From assembly GCA_047495785.1 (NCBI GenBank), contig JBLDXI010000025.1, positions 1,674,001 to 1,738,000 on the forward strand: DNA of 64,000 nt, given 5' to 3'. The first letter of the stretch is position 1. Each line of letters opens with the position of its first letter. Shown one piece after another: positions 10,011 through 22,024 of this stretch. Below the pieces are notes generated by a model. The model did not search any database, had not been told where the DNA came from, and worked only from the letters and a program-made list of their open reading frames with translations. This DNA comes from Lepidodermella squamata. Its lineage: Eukaryota; Animalia; Gastrotricha. A program made the translations under genes and the position numbers.

Positions 10011-13000
10011 TGTGAGAAATATTAAAATTTAGGTCATTTCACGTCGATTGTGATGAGCCCTGTAAAACTTTTGGGGCCGAACGTTACAGTGAAAAAGCCC
10101 ATCAGAGAACGAACAAGTACCCCTTGTTCGATAAATTTTTTCTATATGAACTAAAAGGCGCTAAAAATGAGCGACTTCGAAGCTGTAGACCAAAAATTTC
10201 ATGATGTGAAAATACATTTTGGAAAAAAATGTTGTCCCAGTTTTCCAACTTATAACATCAAACTCAGCAGCAATATGAGCGTAGGCGGGATGAAATGTGT
10301 AAAAATGGGAATTCAGTCGAATAATAAAATCTGAAATAATAAATTTTAAGGTGGACGCGGACTGGGCGAGCATATGGTTTTAGTGCGCTCGCACCTGGTG
10401 TGGCTAGTGAGGCGCGACGCGGCCGGATAATCCCGGTTTAGCGGGCACTCTAAAAAATAATACGCGCTACATTTCTCGTGCGCGACAGTCAGATGGTGTG
10501 TGTAATAACATGAAGAGTGCTAAGCATAACGCAGCCGCCTGATGCTGATAATGACGAGCTTAGCTTGGTGACGCGCAGCGAGAAAACAGGCGCTTAACGC
10601 ACACGCGTTCCCATGCCGCCGCGCAAAACACGCGACATCATTATTTTTGCGGCGCGGCGGTGGCTTTGAGAGAGCGAGATGACGATGATGATGTCTCATC
10701 ATGTCAATAATCATAACCACAACAACAACACTAAAACAACACAGGACTTTCCGCTACTGCGCTATGGTTACAACTATATATATATACTATATAATGCCTG
10801 GGGTAATAATTTTTGCGTGTGGCCTATTCCCACGCACGTAGTAGCCCGAAATTTTAGCGGCTTCTAAACGTAGGAGTCATTATCCGTGGGAACTGCATTC
10901 AGTTAAGTGGAGCCTCCAATATAGGGTGCCGAGATGTGTAACTGAGCTGCTGTTTGTACACGCTACGTGTAATGTACAAAAACTACCTATATATTACACA
11001 CCAGGCACTCACTCAACGACACCTGCAAGAAATCGCCATAGCAACGATTTGTCGAGTGCGAGAAAACCACAAGTAACCTGCTGTAGGCTGAAAAATCGTG
11101 ACTTAAACCCGGAGAATACCGAGCGCCTGAAACCGGTATTTTCGGTTATTGATAACGAAACCCGGTTCTGCGGTGATAAACACGCGGAACCAGGCCGTGT
11201 TTGCCTACGCGTCACCGATGATGGGAAAGCCTGTTGAGGCCGGTCGACTAACAAATTGGGGTTGCGCAACGCGGTACCTTTGAAGCCAGCAGGTGCTGGG
11301 CATGATACAACGGCGCTGGCAAACATCGCTTCCACAAACACTGAAACCATCTATAGGCGGAGGATAGATCAATAAAAATGCTGGGCCAATCTCAGCTAAG
11401 ATGAAATTTTTGAAAAAATGTAAAAAAATCTAGGGCAAAAATGTCTTCCAGACTTCGAAACGCAAAAATATTGGGGTTTCATGGTACAGGTTTTGGACTT
11501 CGATAGCAGTGATGCGCGCCTATCAGGTAACGTGCAAGTACCCCTTGAGCGATAATTAACGCAGTGCGCGAAAAATTGCAATTTTTTCTGGTAGTTATTG
11601 GTGTTTGTTTACTTCGACGGTACCTAATTAGCAAAAAACTGTTTACAAAGCGGGCAGCAATATATCATAGGAGGCTGGCCTTTATCGCTTTGGCACTTTG
11701 AAATTTATTGTTGTGAGAAGACATCGTAGGCGGCGGCTATCTCTCGCTCGCTCGCGGCCTCAACCTGTCAAGTTTTTAGGAGCGGCCGCAAGTTTTTGCA
11801 CGCAGTAAGCGTGGGCCTGAGTGGCGGCGAACATGAGAAACACGAGAGACGTCATTTATTAATATTATTACTTACTATACTTAATAATAATAACACCACA
11901 TATTAACTGAGAGAGAGCGATAATAGCTGTCTACAACAAGCCATATTATTATGTGGGAAACGAGCGCTTTTACGCTGGGAATGTGAATCATTGCAACAAA
12001 GCGGCGTAATAACATAACGACGCGTGAGAAAAAATTCGGTCCAAATAAATAAAAAGTAATAAATTGAGGCGACCGACATTCGTCTCTGGATTTCGCCGCT
12101 GATAGTGCGCTTCTCGAAGCGTAATTATCATTAGGTAATTGATGTTATAACGCATCCCAAGGCCATGGGAATCATTGAGTGCGCGCAATAAAAAAATAAA
12201 GTTCGAACTTGCGCATTTCTCACACACACCCACCTTAAATTGGCGTGCAATAAAATCTGGAAAAACGTATTTTCCAGCCTATAAATTCGAGTTGGTCGCA
12301 ACGAAACTAGCAATTTTTCATCTGGCTCAAACATTTGGAAAAAAAATATCTGACAAGTGGTACTTGATCGATAGTGCATAAGCATATTTGAGGGTGGTCT
12401 GAAAATTAATAATAACTACAGAAATAATGCAAATTGACTCCAAATTGCCTGAATCGTGAAATTTTGTCACTCCCTGGTATTAAGTTGGAAAATCCTGTCG
12501 ATCGAAAAATGTAGCGAAGATGATATGTTTTTACGGCGGTGTAATAATGCCTTGATGCGCGTCTAATATAGTCGATGTTTGTATAAATAGCGACGACGGC
12601 AGACTTCCGTGGGAACGTCGCCCGTCTGGCCTAGAGAGGCGCACGCATTGTGAGCGGCTCAGCTCGCCCGCAAAACGGGACACGCATGTCACCCATGTAT
12701 TTGCGTGTAACGTGTCACTTACAAGAGCCCTTGCCGCTATGTTCGAACGGTGACGAGCGATCATCGTTAGGACGCCTTTTTCAAACAACAGCGCCCTGCC
12801 TATATAAAGGCTCCGCTGTGTATTAGCGGCGATGCGGAATGCCCGCGCGGTGAATGTTCGGGGTTATTGCATGTATGAATGCGTAAAACTGTAATGCTGT
12901 GTTATATTATTGGTATTAATTTATTTCCCTATCGTCTCACGCGCGCGTGATAGGGCCCTAAGCGCGCGCAGGTGGGGGCGTCGTGGGAAAGAATTCGAAT

Positions 13001-13013
13001 TGACTTTCCCATT
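10011..13013. promoter_or_regulatory. Cluster of CSL/Su(H) binding sites (YGTGRGAA) upstream of the NRARP-like gene
   Basis: Perfect sites at 10011, 10827 (rc), 10885, 11712, 11952, 12023, 12217 (rc), 12608 and 12982. GCAGGTG E-boxes at 11020 (rc), 11289 and 12968. Confidence 0.75.
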
Positions 13014-14446
13014 TCGCTATGTGGGGCGCGTGTACCACCGCTGGTAATAATGATAATATTAAATAATAATTATTAAACTACAACATGATTTTCTCGGCAG
13101 AATAAATACTTGTCGCGGCTGGTGTGATAGCACAAAGTGGTGATATAAAAATTTGTGCAACGGCAAACAACGCGAAATGGCTTTCAAGGGGTATGCTAAT
13201 TAGGTGATATCGGTGTGAACGCGAAACCTCAGCGGGGCCGCGGCTCAGGTCAACGGTGTTTAGGTTTTGTTGCCGAGACCTACTATACTAATATCGCATT
13301 TCCGGATTCCGCGCGCGGGAGTAAAGCTGCGGGCGAAACCGCACAATCTAAAAATGTTAGCTAATGGCTATAGTCTTTGAGCAGCTGATTTCCTTTCGTC
13401 AAGTTCACATTACGAGTGGTATTATTTGATGAATTGAATAAAAGAATCCAGAAAACAGATTCATTCCAGATTCATGAAAAAAATTTAAATTATATACGAA
13501 AGCAAGTTGATCAATGCCATTTTTTTTCGAAAAATATGCGCAACTATCAATGGAAATGAGATAAAATTCCAAAAAGTGGAAGTAATTAGCTTGGCATCTC
13601 CGTTAATTTTAATTTTAATTTAATTATACCAGGGCTGAAAAATAGTTTTCAAAACTTACTGAGAAACTACTTCCGGATTTCAAAATTTGAAATTAAAATT
13701 TTTCAATTTTTTTTCAAAATTTCAAAATTAAGCTTGGAAAAAATTGAATCCCCAAATGAACCAAATGAGATACAATTCTTAAGATTTAGTTAGTATTTAG
13801 TTAGCCCAGTATCTCTGTTTTTTTTGTATTCAACAAAATTAACGGTGATCACCAATTTTCGGGATAATGAACTCTCGGCGGATTATTTTGGAAATTTTTC
13901 ATGCCGCTAATCAATTATATCAAGTAAATCCGTAAATCAAGTCTCATTCGATCGATTCAACAGCATGTCCTATTCTGGGCTTATCAGCCGCTAATTAGGC
14001 GTCGCAGCCTCCTTAAATGTTGTCCCGACTGTCATGATTTTATTGGTAATATCTTGAAGTCGCTTCTTTGTTTATCATACATACGAAGTCTAGCAGTCGT
14101 GGTTAAACATAGAATAGCGGAAGAATAAACAAAAATCACGCGCAAAGTGCGTATTAAGGAAGCGCGAAGATGCGCATCGACGCGCAGCGCAAACAGCAGT
14201 ATATTGCATTATCGTAGTATTAAAATAATCACCGCCGGGCGTGTTTATTAACGGCTATTAAACGCCGAACTCGGCGCACCAAAATCTCAGACAAGTTGCC
14301 AATTCCAATGTAAGTATCGAGGCATGCGATGCTTAAAATAAATACTGAAAAATACATCGATAAATGATAACATTATACATACTTGCAACAAAAATAGCTA
14401 TTATTTATATCATTTATCAAGTTTTTTTTGCTGAGAAAAAGAAAAA

Positions 14447-16754
14447 ATGGCTGCATATCACGGTTGGGTGATTTTGCTAACATTAGTCACCCTATGTCGC
14501 CAGATTTGTTCCCACGGTGCCTCTGACCAGGGTGAACAGGAGAATTTCGTGTTCAGACAGGCGTATCCAACAAGAATGGGTACATTACCACCCGAGGACG
14601 AGCTGATCGGGCATGAAGTAGAAATTCCTGATCACCTTTTCGACACAACAACGAAACGTCAAATTCTACGATCACCACCGCCGAGATCCTCGCGGCCTTA
14701 TTCATACATAAATCACACCCAATCTGCATATGGTAAAATTGTGAAAAACCTTGAGTTTTGTTAAATTTGTAATTTTTCAAGATTTACACCACAAATTGTT
14801 TCGTGATTACTACATCCGTCGGCTGGTGAAACCTATATCTCGAGATCCAAGAACAGGCTACACCAATGGGTCATTGGAGGTTAAAATTGGCCTCGCTCTC
14901 ATTCAGCTAATTGATATTGTAAAAATTCCAAAATTATTAAAAAATTCCTACAATTATTTTAATTAAGGATGAGCTCAACCAAGTAATGACCACGAATGTT
15001 TGGCTATACCAAGGTAATTTTTTGCCCGATTTTTTTTTTACATCAAAACTGATTACTTTTTTTCTAACAGAATGGCACGATCATCATTTGTCTTTCAGTA
15101 CGTCGTTAATTAAAAAATTGAAAAAGATTCGATTTCAATTTTTTCCGCAGATCCGGAGGAGTATAGTGGAATCGATAAGATGGACGTGCCAGCAAATATG
15201 ATATGGCTACCAGGTAGCCTTTCTTGAGAGATTAATTTCTTGAAAATAATTATTTTTGCAGACATTGTGCTTTATAACTCGGCCGATGGTCTCTACGCAG
15301 TTCCACCTTGTTTAAGGGTTCGACTACGGCACGATGGGACAATTCAATGGGACCCTCCTATAATTTACAAGTCCTTCTGCCAAATCGATATTCAGTGAGA
15401 AAAAAATACAACAACTTAAAAAATAATTGCTGATTATTCTTTTATAGGTGGTTTCCATTTGATAGACAGGTTTGCTTCAGGGTTTTTAATTAATTAAAAA
15501 TAAGTGGGATATTTTTTAAGAATTGTTCGATGAAGTTCGGCTCATGGACTTACGACGGTCGTACAATTAATTTGATGCATAAAGAGCAGAAAGAATTCAG
15601 CGGCGACGTTCAAATTATCGGCGAGGGTGCGGTTGATTTCGAAAATTTCCGAGAAAACACCGAATGGACCGTGACGGCGGCTAGTGCTCAGCGAACCGTG
15701 TTCAAATACTCGTGCTGCCCAACGCCTTACATTGATGTCACTTTTTACCTGGTCGTTACTAGGTGAGAATTGAAAAATCAATAAAATAAATTCTTAGTGT
15801 TTTTCATCCTAGGAAACCACTTTTCATTGTCATAAATCGTAATTTTGAATATTTAAATTTTCGTGAAATTAATAATTTTATTTCAGTGCTATTTCCATGC
15901 TTTCTCATATCTTTTCTGTCCGTTTTTGTCTTCTATTTGCCGACGCAAAGTGGCGAGAAAATGTCCCTATCCGTGTCGATTCTTGTCGCCTTGATTATGT
16001 TCTTCTTGGTGGTTTTCGAAAAAATCCCAGCTACGTCACTCGCGCTGCCATTATTCGCAAAATTTCTCATATTCACACTCGTTCTCGTCACGCTTAGTAT
16101 CGTGCTGAATGTAGCTATCATCCGAATTCACTGGATGGCTATCGAATATGCGGCTATGCCAAGGTGGATTAAAAGAATCTTCATCGAAACAGTAAGAACT
16201 TAAACATTTAATTGAAAAAAATAAAATTGAAATTTTTTTCAGTTGGCCCCAAAATTATTGGATCCTGACCCGACTGGCCCATTCATGCAATCGATCGTAG
16301 CGGCAAAAAAAGCCGCGGCTAATGCAGCAGTGGCCAAAAAAACCGTCCCATGTCCAAGAAGCCCATCAATATTGCGGAGTCGCAGCCCGTCGCAGAGGCC
16401 GCGGAGTCCAGCATTTGGCCGCGTGCCAAGAAGTGCGACGCTCGAGCGCATCGTCGAAGAAAAACTGCCAAAAGCGCTGACGCGTTTCGAACGCGAACTC
16501 ATCGACGAGTTCACCGAGCAGTCGAATAAAATTTACGATTTTATTCGCAAGAAAAACATGACATTATCGGTAAGAATTTTAATTTTGAAATTTTGAAAAA
16601 TATTTTCAAATTCCCGTAGATGCAAGAAGAGTGGCGAGTCGTTGCGCTTGTTTTCGACAAAATATTTTTCTACATTTTCGTCCTCGTTTTTTCGACCGGA
16701 ACGGTATGGATATTCTGGCAGGGTGTTTTATCAACATTTTTCTACGAAGACTGA
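14447..16754 (+). CDS. Nicotinic acetylcholine receptor alpha-type subunit, 12 exons (14447-14732, 14782-14918, 14968-15013, 15071-15097, 15151-15213, 15262-15394, 15448-15469, 15521-15762, 15813-15838, 15887-16191, 16243-16569, 16620-16754)
   Basis: Signal peptide, IWLPDIVLYNSA, Cys-loop CQIDIQWFPFDRQNC, loop B GSWTYDG, vicinal cysteines KYSCCPTPY (alpha type), cation-type GEK before M2, and M4 EEWRVVALVFDKIF. Confidence 0.95.
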
Positions 16755-17012
16755 TAAAAAAAAATATCAAAATAATATCGAAATTTCTTTTATTTTTTTT
16801 TTCATTTTGTGTTGTCGATACAACCTTATACAGTGCTATAATGTCGGTTTCAGTTCAACAACAATGTGTTTATTGCGATGCCTTAAACAGCGCTACAGTT
16901 TTCAAAAACTTTGGGATGAGAGAGAAAAAATAAAATCTAACGGGGAATGTGAAAACTGATTTTTTTCATCTTCATTTATAATCTGAAATTGAGAACACAT
17001 TTTTTTGGCCGG

Positions 17013-17708
17013 CTAGTAGTTGCAGTTGATTTCTTGATCGATTTTCCGCTTCCCGCATGAACCGATCAGCTTCCACTCGAGATTGTTAATTTGACGACCG
17101 GCTTCCTTTGAAACACGACTGCCGTAGTTGGCTGAGTTTGTATTTGGGACAGAGTCGGAAAATCGGCTCAAATTCTCAGGCAGCGGCTCGCGCTCAATCG
17201 GGTTGCCCTAAATAAATAAAAAATTATTAAAATAATTTCAACTATTTTTCAAAAAGTATCAAAATTATAGGCTAATATTTTGAAAAAAAAATTAAATTTT
17301 TGTGAGATGATGGAATTTTTTTGATTTAATTAAATTTTAATTGCTTACCTTTGCATCGAATTCTGCCAAAAAGCCCCAGTTGACTTTCCACAATTTGACA
17401 GACTCCTCTTCCTTATCGACTCTGAGGACGTGGAGGCGGTCCTTGGTGACAAAATCCGTTCGAAGTTCGTCCCAACTCGTCGGCGGCCGTTTGCCATCGC
17501 CGACAATGCGAGCAGCGGCGGCTTGGCGTCGCTCGGCTGGGACACAGGCTTGATGGCGTGAGCTTGAAAGTAGAGATAACACAATTTCATAAACAAATAG
17601 CTCTTCATATTTCAAAGTGTCAATAAAATTAGAGGTGATAAATATTATGGCCCTCATAAATTACCTGGCAGCAGACGCGGCTCGGTAATGCGAAGCGAGT
17701 GTGGCCAT
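17013..17708 (-). CDS. CIMIP5: Ciliary microtubule inner protein 5 (C2orf50) homologue, 3 exons
   Basis: Spliced product ...LWKVNWGFLAEFDAKGNPIEREPLPENLSRFSDSVPNTNSANYGSRV matches C2orf50 WxxNWSFLKDYDPxGNxKExEKLP...FSDTVPSSTNQxxGSR as I remember it. GT-AG junctions keep the frame. Confidence 0.85.
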
Positions 17709-18585
17709 TTATTTTTGTAAATTTTTCTGAATTTTTTCCAGAAATATAACGAACTTATATCAGAGGCGTCGCGCGTGATCAAGGTAGCAAAATTATTTGT
17801 GAAAAATGGGCGTCCTTTGACTGTCAATGCATAGCGACCGGGGTCGTTATTTTCTTTCAATTAAATAGCGCGCTTGAGACGTTTTTTGATTCATTCATCC
17901 ATCATCTGAAGAATCAAAAACAAAACACGCTCGGAAGCTGTAAGAGTGCGTAAATACGGGGGCCAATTTGCGAGTGTTGACAAAACATTGACGTCGATTG
18001 TTGACCGCGTTGTGCTTCCTTTTTCGCCCCATTACGACGTTTTTGTTGTTATTTTTTTTCCATCGCGCGCGCGCACGCCTTTTGTTATATAGCTGATTTC
18101 AGCAATCAGCGGTCAGCCGCGTGTGTTGACCAGCGGCGTGTTTTTCGCCATCAATCATCTTTCATCGCGCCCGGTGGGAGGCGAGCGTAATCGTAATTAT
18201 TATGCATACCTACCTGTGTGTATAATCTCTAGTTTTGTTTTCGCTCGACAAGACGACATGTATCGATAATAACAAAAATGCGACAAAAACAACAATAGCC
18301 CAAGTTTCCTAAACCTCAAGATCCTGAAAAAACTCACTCGTCTGTTTTGTAGGCGAAAGGAATGCCGTTGACCAGCTCGCGAGACATTGTAGCAGCAAGA
18401 TTGTTCGAGTTTATTCAAGCTTTAGTGCAAAAAGTTTGAACAAAAGGAAGAATAGCTAAACATCGCATCGTTTTTTACACGAGTCTCCAAGGGTGACACA
18501 ATCGATATCTGTTTCATATTCGCCGGTCGATTTTTATCGACAGTTTCCATTGACACTAAATCGTCATTACAGTTTTATTATTGTA

Positions 18586-20274
18586 TCAAAATTTGACGCC
18601 TGATTTTGACAGTATGTATTTAGCAACTTCAGCCGCTGTTGAGTTTGATTGATGGAGAAATTTTGCTGCTCGCAATTCGCGGGGAGTTGGCCATGTCCAG
18701 TGAATGGCGTTCGCGTCGCCTCGTTTCCAGTCAAAAGATTCCGCCGGGGGCTCAAAACGCACCTCTTTATAGCCATCAACCCACGAGGGATGGTAAAACC
18801 CTTGATAGGCAATTACTTGAAGTCGTCTATCGATTTTAACACTGGTGGGGTATATTTCATAGACCTTATAGGCCTTTAAACAGATGTAGCACCATAGGTT
18901 AGGTCCAACTCCATCGACAAAATCATGCATTGCGTTCAAAAGATGTTTCAAGTAAGGCGCATTAGGTTTGGTAACCATCGCTCCGAGATTCAGTGTGTCT
19001 GGGTACGGCTTTAAATGATTCGGCCAGTCCAACGATACTACAGTGTCATACTGCCTTAACTCATCATCCAAAGGCTTCACCCATACAGCATCCCAATCTA
19101 GAGTATCAAATAAAACAGTTATATAGGATAGAACTGAAAGAGTTAGCTTACCTGTGTAAATTCCTCCGTACTTGAGGAGGATGGTCATCCTTAACACATC
19201 TGACATCGGCGAGAGTTTAGTTACAGGACGGCCGAATACCGTTTTCTGCTGGGGTCTGTAAATGTAATGCAAGCGTCCTTCGTAGCTCTCTTTCAGCTCG
19301 ACCCAGTAAGGCCCCTTCGGCTCCTCATCTCCATGCACCAGGACTGAATTTGCTCTCAGAATGTTGAAGCAAGAAAGGATGCTTAGGTACAACAGGAATT
19401 CCATGGTACCACCCCCTAGCCAGATGTAATGGCAGAGCAATGGAGCTAGACTTTGGGGATTAGGAACAGGCACCAGAACATCTGTAGTCCCGTAAACTAC
19501 TTGTCGGACCAATCTGGCAAAAACTGAGTCACTTTCGAAGAATTCAGCAGGGTAGGAATCCTCAGGAGCTGTTACAAAGCATCTGGGCAGTGCTTTTGCT
19601 GGTTTTTGATTGATTTCAACTATATCGCAAGGCAATGAAGCTGCCGAGGCATTGACTGTCATTCTTTGATTTGAAATAATACTTGCAAGTGCTGATGTGG
19701 AGATTATGTTTGCTCCTAAGGAAATCCCATCGGAGTTTACCTCCACACTGGCTGAACCATTAGTTCCTTTGGAGCAGTAGTCGGGTAAGGAATTTTCCGG
19801 ATTCAGAATAAAGTTATGCACTGAGTTTGAAAGCTCTTCCAACCAAGTGTTATATCGCAAGGAGTCAACTTCAGGCATAGACTTGTAGAAATGGAGGTAG
19901 ATGAGATCGGGGTCGAAAGCCAAGATCGCGCTTTTCACAGCCACGAAGTTCTTGAAGGTAAAACTAGCTGGCGTGGTTTCGCACCACATCACGTGAACGA
20001 CATTCGGAATTCCAGAAAAAGGTTTTGAGTCTGGTATCTCTGGGGTAGGCAGAGTGGTAGACAATTTCGCTGTAGTGACCGTTCTCGACAGTTTCGGACC
20101 TCCCGCTGTCTTCAAGAAAGAACTATAATGCTCTGCGAGTTGTGGTAAGGAATATCCTTCTTCCACGTGCAAGACTGGTAGTAGGATGTAGAATGATATC
20201 GGAAGGGATAGCAAGACAGCCAGAACAAGTATGCATCCTAATCTGACTCCAGCGCATCCATTGGGAGACTCCAT
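18586..20274 (-). CDS. Type II Golgi glycosyltransferase, GT32/DxD (alpha-1,4-GlcNAc-transferase-like), with two tandem GT domains; in-frame intron 19098-19151
   Basis: N-terminal TM helix, IPNVVHVMW and PLLCHYIW domain starts, and SDVLRMTILLKYGGIYT|DWD once a 54-nt GT-AG intron is removed. Confidence 0.88.
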   Translation of the reverse strand: MESPNGCAGVRLGCILVLAVLLSLPISFYILLPVLHVEEGYSLPQLAEHYSSFLKTAGGPKLSRTVTTAKLSTTLPTPEIPDSKPFSGIPNVVHVMWCETTPASFTFKNFVAVKSAILAFDPDLIYLHFYKSMPEVDSLRYNTWLEELSNSVHNFILNPENSLPDYCSKGTNGSASVEVNSDGISLGANIISTSALASIISNQRMTVNASAASLPCDIVEINQKPAKALPRCFVTAPEDSYPAEFFESDSVFARLVRQVVYGTTDVLVPVPNPQSLAPLLCHYIWLGGGTMEFLLYLSILSCFNILRANSVLVHGDEEPKGPYWVELKESYEGRLHYIYRPQQKTVFGRPVTKLSPMSDVLRMTILLKYGGIYTGKLTLSVLSYITVLFDTLDWDAVWVKPLDDELRQYDTVVSLDWPNHLKPYPDTLNLGAMVTKPNAPYLKHLLNAMHDFVDGVGPNLWCYICLKAYKVYEIYPTSVKIDRRLQVIAYQGFYHPSWVDGYKEVRFEPPAESFDWKRGDANAIHWTWPTPRELRAAKFLHQSNSTAAEVAKYILSKSGVKF

Positions 20275-20323
20275 TTCTCATCTTATAAACGACTAAAATT
20301 GATGAAAAATTCTGAGAGATTAT

Positions 20324-21264
20324 TTATGTTAACTCGACAATGGCTAGCAATGCTGGGTATCGCCAATTTCTTCTAACAGTTATAAGTAAGTTTCTGAATA
20401 GGGTTGACATAGCAACTTCTGCAACACGGCCAACCTTCGCGACTCTGCTCAATTCCTGATGGTCCATAAGAATCGTAAAACCGTCGGATAGTTTTAGATC
20501 ATCGCTTTGTACATCTGAGAAAGGAATAACAGGATCAGCGGCTATGTCTTCGTAATGCATGCCAACGAAAAGACCAGGCTCAACTTTGATCCTGTGGCAA
20601 AGCATCAATCGTTTGAATTTTGTTCTTATCTCCGTTTACCTGTCGTTTTTTTCGATGTGATAAGTCACCCAACCCGGCGATCCATTCGTTGTAATTTTGT
20701 TGAAACCCATCCACGTGCCCTCATTAGAAAAACAAAATTAGTCATGATTGAGTCGCGAGCACTTCTTGATTACCTCGTCCTTAATGGCATCGTACTTGAG
20801 AACATCCAAAATAACAACCTTCCCCGGCGATGGATTCATGTCTAATATTCTCCAGGCCTCAATAAATCCATGACACTTGAACTGAAAGAAGAAAATAACG
20901 CTTGACTGAGCGGTCTGAAATCAGACAAAAAACATACAGTCAAGTTGAAAAATGCTTGAATTTCCGTTGAGGCTGATGAGAAACGACTATCGTCTTCATT
21001 TGATCCACAAAATCCAACGGAGCAATGTTCGCACAGAGTTGGGGAGTTGCCAGATTCTAGAACCAGTTTCTTGGGTTGGTTGTGATGTGATCGAGATCTA
21101 ATGTAATAAGACTCATTCTGTAAATGAGCAGCTCGAACTTTTGAGACGATGCGGAAAAGATCGAATGCTAAACTGCCGAAATACGCGACACCAACAAGTA
21201 GAATGGTCACTCCAGCAAACAGCAGCAGACGGCCGATTGGCAAAGGGCATACGTTACGAATCAT
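20324..21264 (-). CDS. Type II membrane protein of unknown function, 4 exons by manual splicing
   Basis: N-terminal TM helix. Three ~50-nt GT-AG introns join FFNLT|FKCHGFIEAWRI...KDE|GTWMG...NDR|IKVEPGLFVGMHY into one beta-rich luminal domain. Confidence 0.7.
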
Positions 21265-21526
21265 CAAAATGACATTGTGATGAATTGCTGCGATTTTGCA
21301 GGAATATTCGTGACCAGAGGTTTCTTTAGCGCGGCTATTAGTTCAATATTTGCTTTCGAGTACAAGCGCGATTTTGTTTATTGCGCCTATGCCACGAAAC
21401 GGGCGGAAACTCGGCGCAATGCATGCTCATATTCAATACGCATAGGACTGCAAAAATAATTGCCTTCTAACCGCAGAATAGAGGTCACGCAAAATATTTC
21501 AAGAAACAATGTGTTTTATTGATTTT

Positions 21527-22024
21527 TCAGGTCTTGGATACCTTTCTTCTACAATTCATGTAAAATCGTTTAGCATGTAACAAAAATGATGCAATGCGTT
21601 GTGTTTGATGTTGCCGACTCTTGTCGGACTTTTTTCTCCTTCCGAGGACCAGCTTCACCCTATCAGCCTCAGAGCATGCAGCTCGCCGGTAACCTTCACA
21701 TTTCTTTGCCATTGACGTAACTGTGAAAATGTAGTCAAGATAGCCGCGAAAAGGCAGTTCTGGGGAAAGGTACACTGCACCATTCGCATCAGAAGCGTTG
21801 AAATCCAAAGTGCAGTATCGTCGTGAGAATCGTTTTGAGAAATCGACGAGCCGATTAAAGAAATCATCAGAGGTCAGTGGCTTGTAGAAAGTGTTTTCAA
21901 ACGAGGCTTCAGCATATTTCGCAGCTTTCATAAAAGGTTTGATCAAAGCAACGCTGCTTTCGACCATCAAGCCGAAGAGGGACAGCGAGAAAAAACCTGG
22001 AAGGAGAAGCTTTGAAAGCTTCAT
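21527..22024 (-). CDS. Secreted 4-Cys protein, family A member 1 (intronless)
   Basis: Signal peptide, SFENTFY, FSRRYC-x37-C-x7-C-x40-C. TATAAA about 55 bp upstream, AATAAA just after the stop. Confidence 0.85.
   Translation of the reverse strand: MKLSKLLLPGFFSLSLFGLMVESSVALIKPFMKAAKYAEASFENTFYKPLTSDDFFNRLVDFSKRFSRRYCTLDFNASDANGAVYLSPELPFRGYLDYIFTVTSMAKKCEGYRRAACSEADRVKLVLGRRKKSDKSRQHQTQRIASFLLHAKRFYMNCRRKVSKT

Noticed and set aside
10161-12788. Short ORFs upstream of the NRARP-like gene
   Set aside because: No recognisable domains or splice-consistent models; the region reads as regulatory DNA.
13550-13830. Degenerate direct repeat (AAATGAGATA...TTAGC...ATCTC.GTT) about 210 bp apart
   Set aside because: AT-rich and low identity, with no termini or TSD to define an element.
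16631-16959. Two ORFs at the nAChR 3' end
   Set aside because: Wrong frames; the true last exon (16620-16754) encodes M4 in the third frame.
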